This document shows, one piece after another, positions 60,853 through 64,000 of a stretch of 64,000 bases of DNA; the first letter of the stretch is position 1, and each line of letters starts with the position of its first letter. Made by a program: the position numbers and the translations under genes. Source of the DNA: Amoebophrya sp. A120 (taxonomy: Eukaryota > Protista > Dinoflagellata); NCBI GenBank assembly GCA_905178155.1, contig CAJINV010000003.1, positions 11,883,105 to 11,947,104 of the forward strand. Direction: 5' to 3'. The notes under the pieces are model-generated. The model was not told where the DNA came from and ran no database searches. It was given only the letters and a program-made list of their open reading frames with translations.

Positions 60853-63141
60853 ATGAACATGAACAACATGAACTCGCCCATAACCCCTCGCTCGAAGTTC
60901 CTCGAGTACAAGTCCCTTGTCCAAGACGATGCTTCTTTTTCCCGGCGATACTTCGTGCCGCCGAATCCGAAACTTTCCGGCAACAACGGGGTGCCGATAA
61001 ACCTCCGCTACCACACGGATAACGTCACGGACGTGCGGTGGGTGTCGGACTTTGAATGCCTCACCTGCAGCATTGACTCCACGTTGTGCAAGTGGAACTT
61101 GGTGGAAGCTAGTGAAGCAGATAATGAGAACGGAGCCGGATCGTCTTATCCGAATAGTCCAACCGCGGTTTCCTCTCCGGACTCAGCAGCCTACTTCGGA
61201 GCCGGCGGTGGAGGATTGTCGCCAGAGAACAATAACAGCAATCCGCTTGTTGGTGGTACTATGGCTTCTCTAGGGACTAATAACAATCAACAAACGAGTA
61301 ACTCAGCCGCGGCGCAGATAAACCTCGTCCCGGTGAAAACGGTTTCTGACGCGTCGGCAGAAGGTGTCTACTGCGTGGACGTGATGGGGAAGACCATCGC
61401 GACTGGGTCGAGCGGAAAGCAGCTGAAATTATACGGGCTAGACGAGCTGGATTCCCTTGCGAGTTTGGACACGGAATCGGCGGTTTACGCCGTGCGGTTT
61501 CGCGACCCACAGTTCCTGGTTTGCGGCACGAAACTGGGCTGTTGTATGTTTTTCGACCCGGCGAGCGAAGCGTGCATCTCGCAGATCGAGGGGCTGCACA
61601 AGTCCGTGTTGCAAAGCGTCGACTTGTCGGAGAACAATGGGGTGCTGACGGGAGGGAGTGATGGTAATTACGAATTGATGGTCATGGAAATGTTTACCGG
61701 GAGATGATTTACAAGGTGAAGAAGTGTGCGTTTGCTCTGTCTTCGCTGAGGAGACATGCATTGTATCTGTTCGCAAATTTTGCACCTCTTTGTACTGACG
61801 CAAGATGATAGCAAAAAACCCTCAAGGTAAAATCTACCTCGTCGACCCTCGTGCGCAGAACTGGTCGCCGGCGAACTTTAGCTACGTGGCAGTTGAAAAA
61901 ACCGCGATTTACGCCGTTCGGTGGTGCGCCAACCCGAACTATTTTCTCTCTTCCGGCGACAATTACTGCATTTCGCGGTGGGACGTGCGCAAAATGTCCA
62001 CGCTCTCGCGCCGCCGCGGGGAGCAATCCGTGGTGACGAACTACTTTGGGCACAGCTCGGACGTGCGCTGTTTAGAGATGCTGGGCGAAGATTATTTTGT
62101 GTCCGGCACGGCGGACGGGTCGCTTCGGATCTGGCCCGTGGACGAGGTCGGGGCGATTCAGGACACGCTCGTGCAGAACGATTTCCAAATCGAGAAGGCC
62201 GAATCGGACCGTGCGGAGATCGAAGTCAACGTGGTCGCCCACGCGCACAGTGAGCCGGGGCGGAAGAAGGTGCAGAAGAACCTGGAATTACTCCACGATT
62301 TGTACGACCGCACGTTTGAGCTGCAGGAAATCTACAGCGAGAGGTCCGTATCAAATGCAAAAATGTCTGGGTCTGGAAACTTGTGATGCTGTGTGGCGTA
62401 TCATGAGGAGGCGACAATTGCTGGCTCAGCATAGCAAGCTTCTGAGCTTCTAAGTGTTGCCTATTCTGCATGACAAACTACGTTTCTGCATGACAGAAAA
62501 GTAGGGCTCTTTGGTAATGTGCATGACAGAATTAAGAGTCATGCCAGACAAGCATGACAAACTTGCATTCTTCCAGACCCAGACACTTTTACTTTTGATA
62601 GTCCGCCTTGCAGTGTCTCCAAGCGACCTACCAGCTGGATGCGCACAGCTCTATCAAATGTAAAAATGTCGGGGTCTGGAAGATTCTGAGACCTGCCATG
62701 CATGTTTTGCATTGGCCATGATGTCTGTGGTGCATGCCCTAGCATCACGGATTTTTTGAGGGCTTCGCGATGCCTACTCCGCATGACAAATGCCCTCTCC
62801 GCGTAGCAAAAATTGCATTCCCTTTGCTGCTCATGCAATGCAGATTTTTTTGGAATCCAAATTCAGCATCACAAGTTGCATCCTTCCAGACCCAGACACT
62901 TTTACATTTGATAAGCTCGCTGGTGTGCGGATTGTCGGCGAGGAAGTGTCCGCAGAGCAACCACTGGAGAATCCTCACCTCCTCGGCCGACCAAACGGTG
63001 AAGCTGTTTCGCTTGGCAAACAAGCTAGACAAAAATCGGCATGTCCGGTGGGTGACGCAGTACAGTTCCACGCCGGCCTACGACAACTTCGGATTTCGCG
63101 ACACCATGGGAAGGCACGACTCGCTGACCCGGGTGTACTGA
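60853..63141 (+). CDS. WD40-repeat protein; one GT-AG intron and two TIR introns
   Basis: YHTDNVTDVRW..TCSIDSTLCKWN, LTGGSDG|KIYLVD (intron 61664-61826), GHSSDVRCL..FVSGTADGSLRIWP, AHSSLV..ILTSSADQTVKLF; TGA ends at 63141. Confidence 0.88.
62349..62600. mobile_element. TIR introner, family A
   Basis: tatcaaatgcaaaaatgtctgggtctggaa / ttccagacccagacacttttacttttgata; perfect repeat gtccg; four gcatgaca copies inside. Confidence 0.92.
62652..62913. mobile_element. TIR introner, family A
   Basis: tatcaaatgtaaaaatgtcggggtctggaag / cttccagacccagacacttttacatttgata; perfect repeat agctc; frame restored in the last WD repeat. Confidence 0.93.
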
Positions 63142-64000
63142 GAAAGGGCCTAGGGTAGAATGTTGTGCTCAGCAGGTCGGAAATAGCACGAGGCATGTAA
63201 ACTGGAGTTGGCATCATAGTACACATAGAAATTTCAATATTTTCAACTGAAAGAAAGGGACCAGAAAGATCAACGCTGTATTCTTGTTGTTGACGTCAAG
63301 CTGCTCAAATATTTTCAAGGTTTTGGTGTTGTCAGTGCAAAACTGAGAACATGTCATTTTTCGGATCGAAGAACGCGAACAAAAACAAAATTCAAGATGC
63401 TCAGTACTTATGCAAATCTTCAGGCATACGCATACAGAAGGTGTGTGGTACTTGTACCCTGCATATTCGTGTGTGATAGCAGTGCTCGCGTTTGGCGTTC
63501 CTCGTCGATAGTGTGATCGGTCAGTTTCGCTTTCGATGTAGTGTAGCAATATGCAATTCCTAGATGTTGCGACTGCCCTTTCGTCGGTCTGCCCGTGTCT
63601 GCCATTTTGAAAAAACGAATTTGAAACCGATGAGTCATTATTTCGTGGTCAGCAATGTCGTCCGCGGACAAACGTCGTTGCATACCGCGTGGTTTTTGCC
63701 AAGTCCTCCTTAAGCTTTAAGGTAGTGTTTTGAAAGATCCAGAAAAATGAGGGCTCTCGTCCTAGCTGAAGACGAACAAAGCTTGTTTTTCTTTTAGAAA
63801 GTGGCTCCCTTACCTTTAATATGTAAAGATCCAGAAAAATGGAGAATCCCGCCCATTCTAGACAGGAGCAGAAGGGTCAGCAAGAGAGTGCTTTACTACT
63901 TCTTTTTTCCATAGTGCACTTCTTTCTCGATTAGCTTTGTTTTCTCTTTTAGTATTTGTGCTTGTTGCTTTACTTTTTTTTCCTTGCTATAATCTCTTCT

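Noticed and set aside
2296-63071. Recurring peptide motifs in the ORF track (CKYVWVWK, LPDPDIF, MSGSG, FQTQTFLHL, QKCLGLE) as a protein family
   Set aside because: They are six-frame translations of the family A TIR, not real coding sequence.

Overview
Eukaryotic genomic DNA, most likely a parasitic dinoflagellate of the Amoebophrya (Syndiniales) type; this is inferred from the gene architecture and a myzozoan-type ATP synthase subunit. About 14 protein genes can be reconstructed, all on the + strand. The dominant feature is a set of 26 (plus 1 tentative) 130-350 bp insertions inside coding sequence. Typically each starts with TAT, ends with ATA, has terminal inverted repeats (about six TIR families) and is flanked by a 5-bp direct repeat; older copies are degenerate. 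Removing the element plus one 5-bp copy restores the reading frame in every case, including across the HxD motif region of a TauD dioxygenase, an EF-hand pair, a KH domain and WD40 repeats. They therefore look like transposon-derived non-canonical introns (introners) without GT-AG ends, and one family is present in both orientations. They coexist with ordinary GT-AG introns in a 2xRRM hnRNP-like gene and a twin-CX9C gene. No transposase, rRNA, tRNA or CRISPR array was found. Splicing is inferred from frame restoration only; no transcript data were available.
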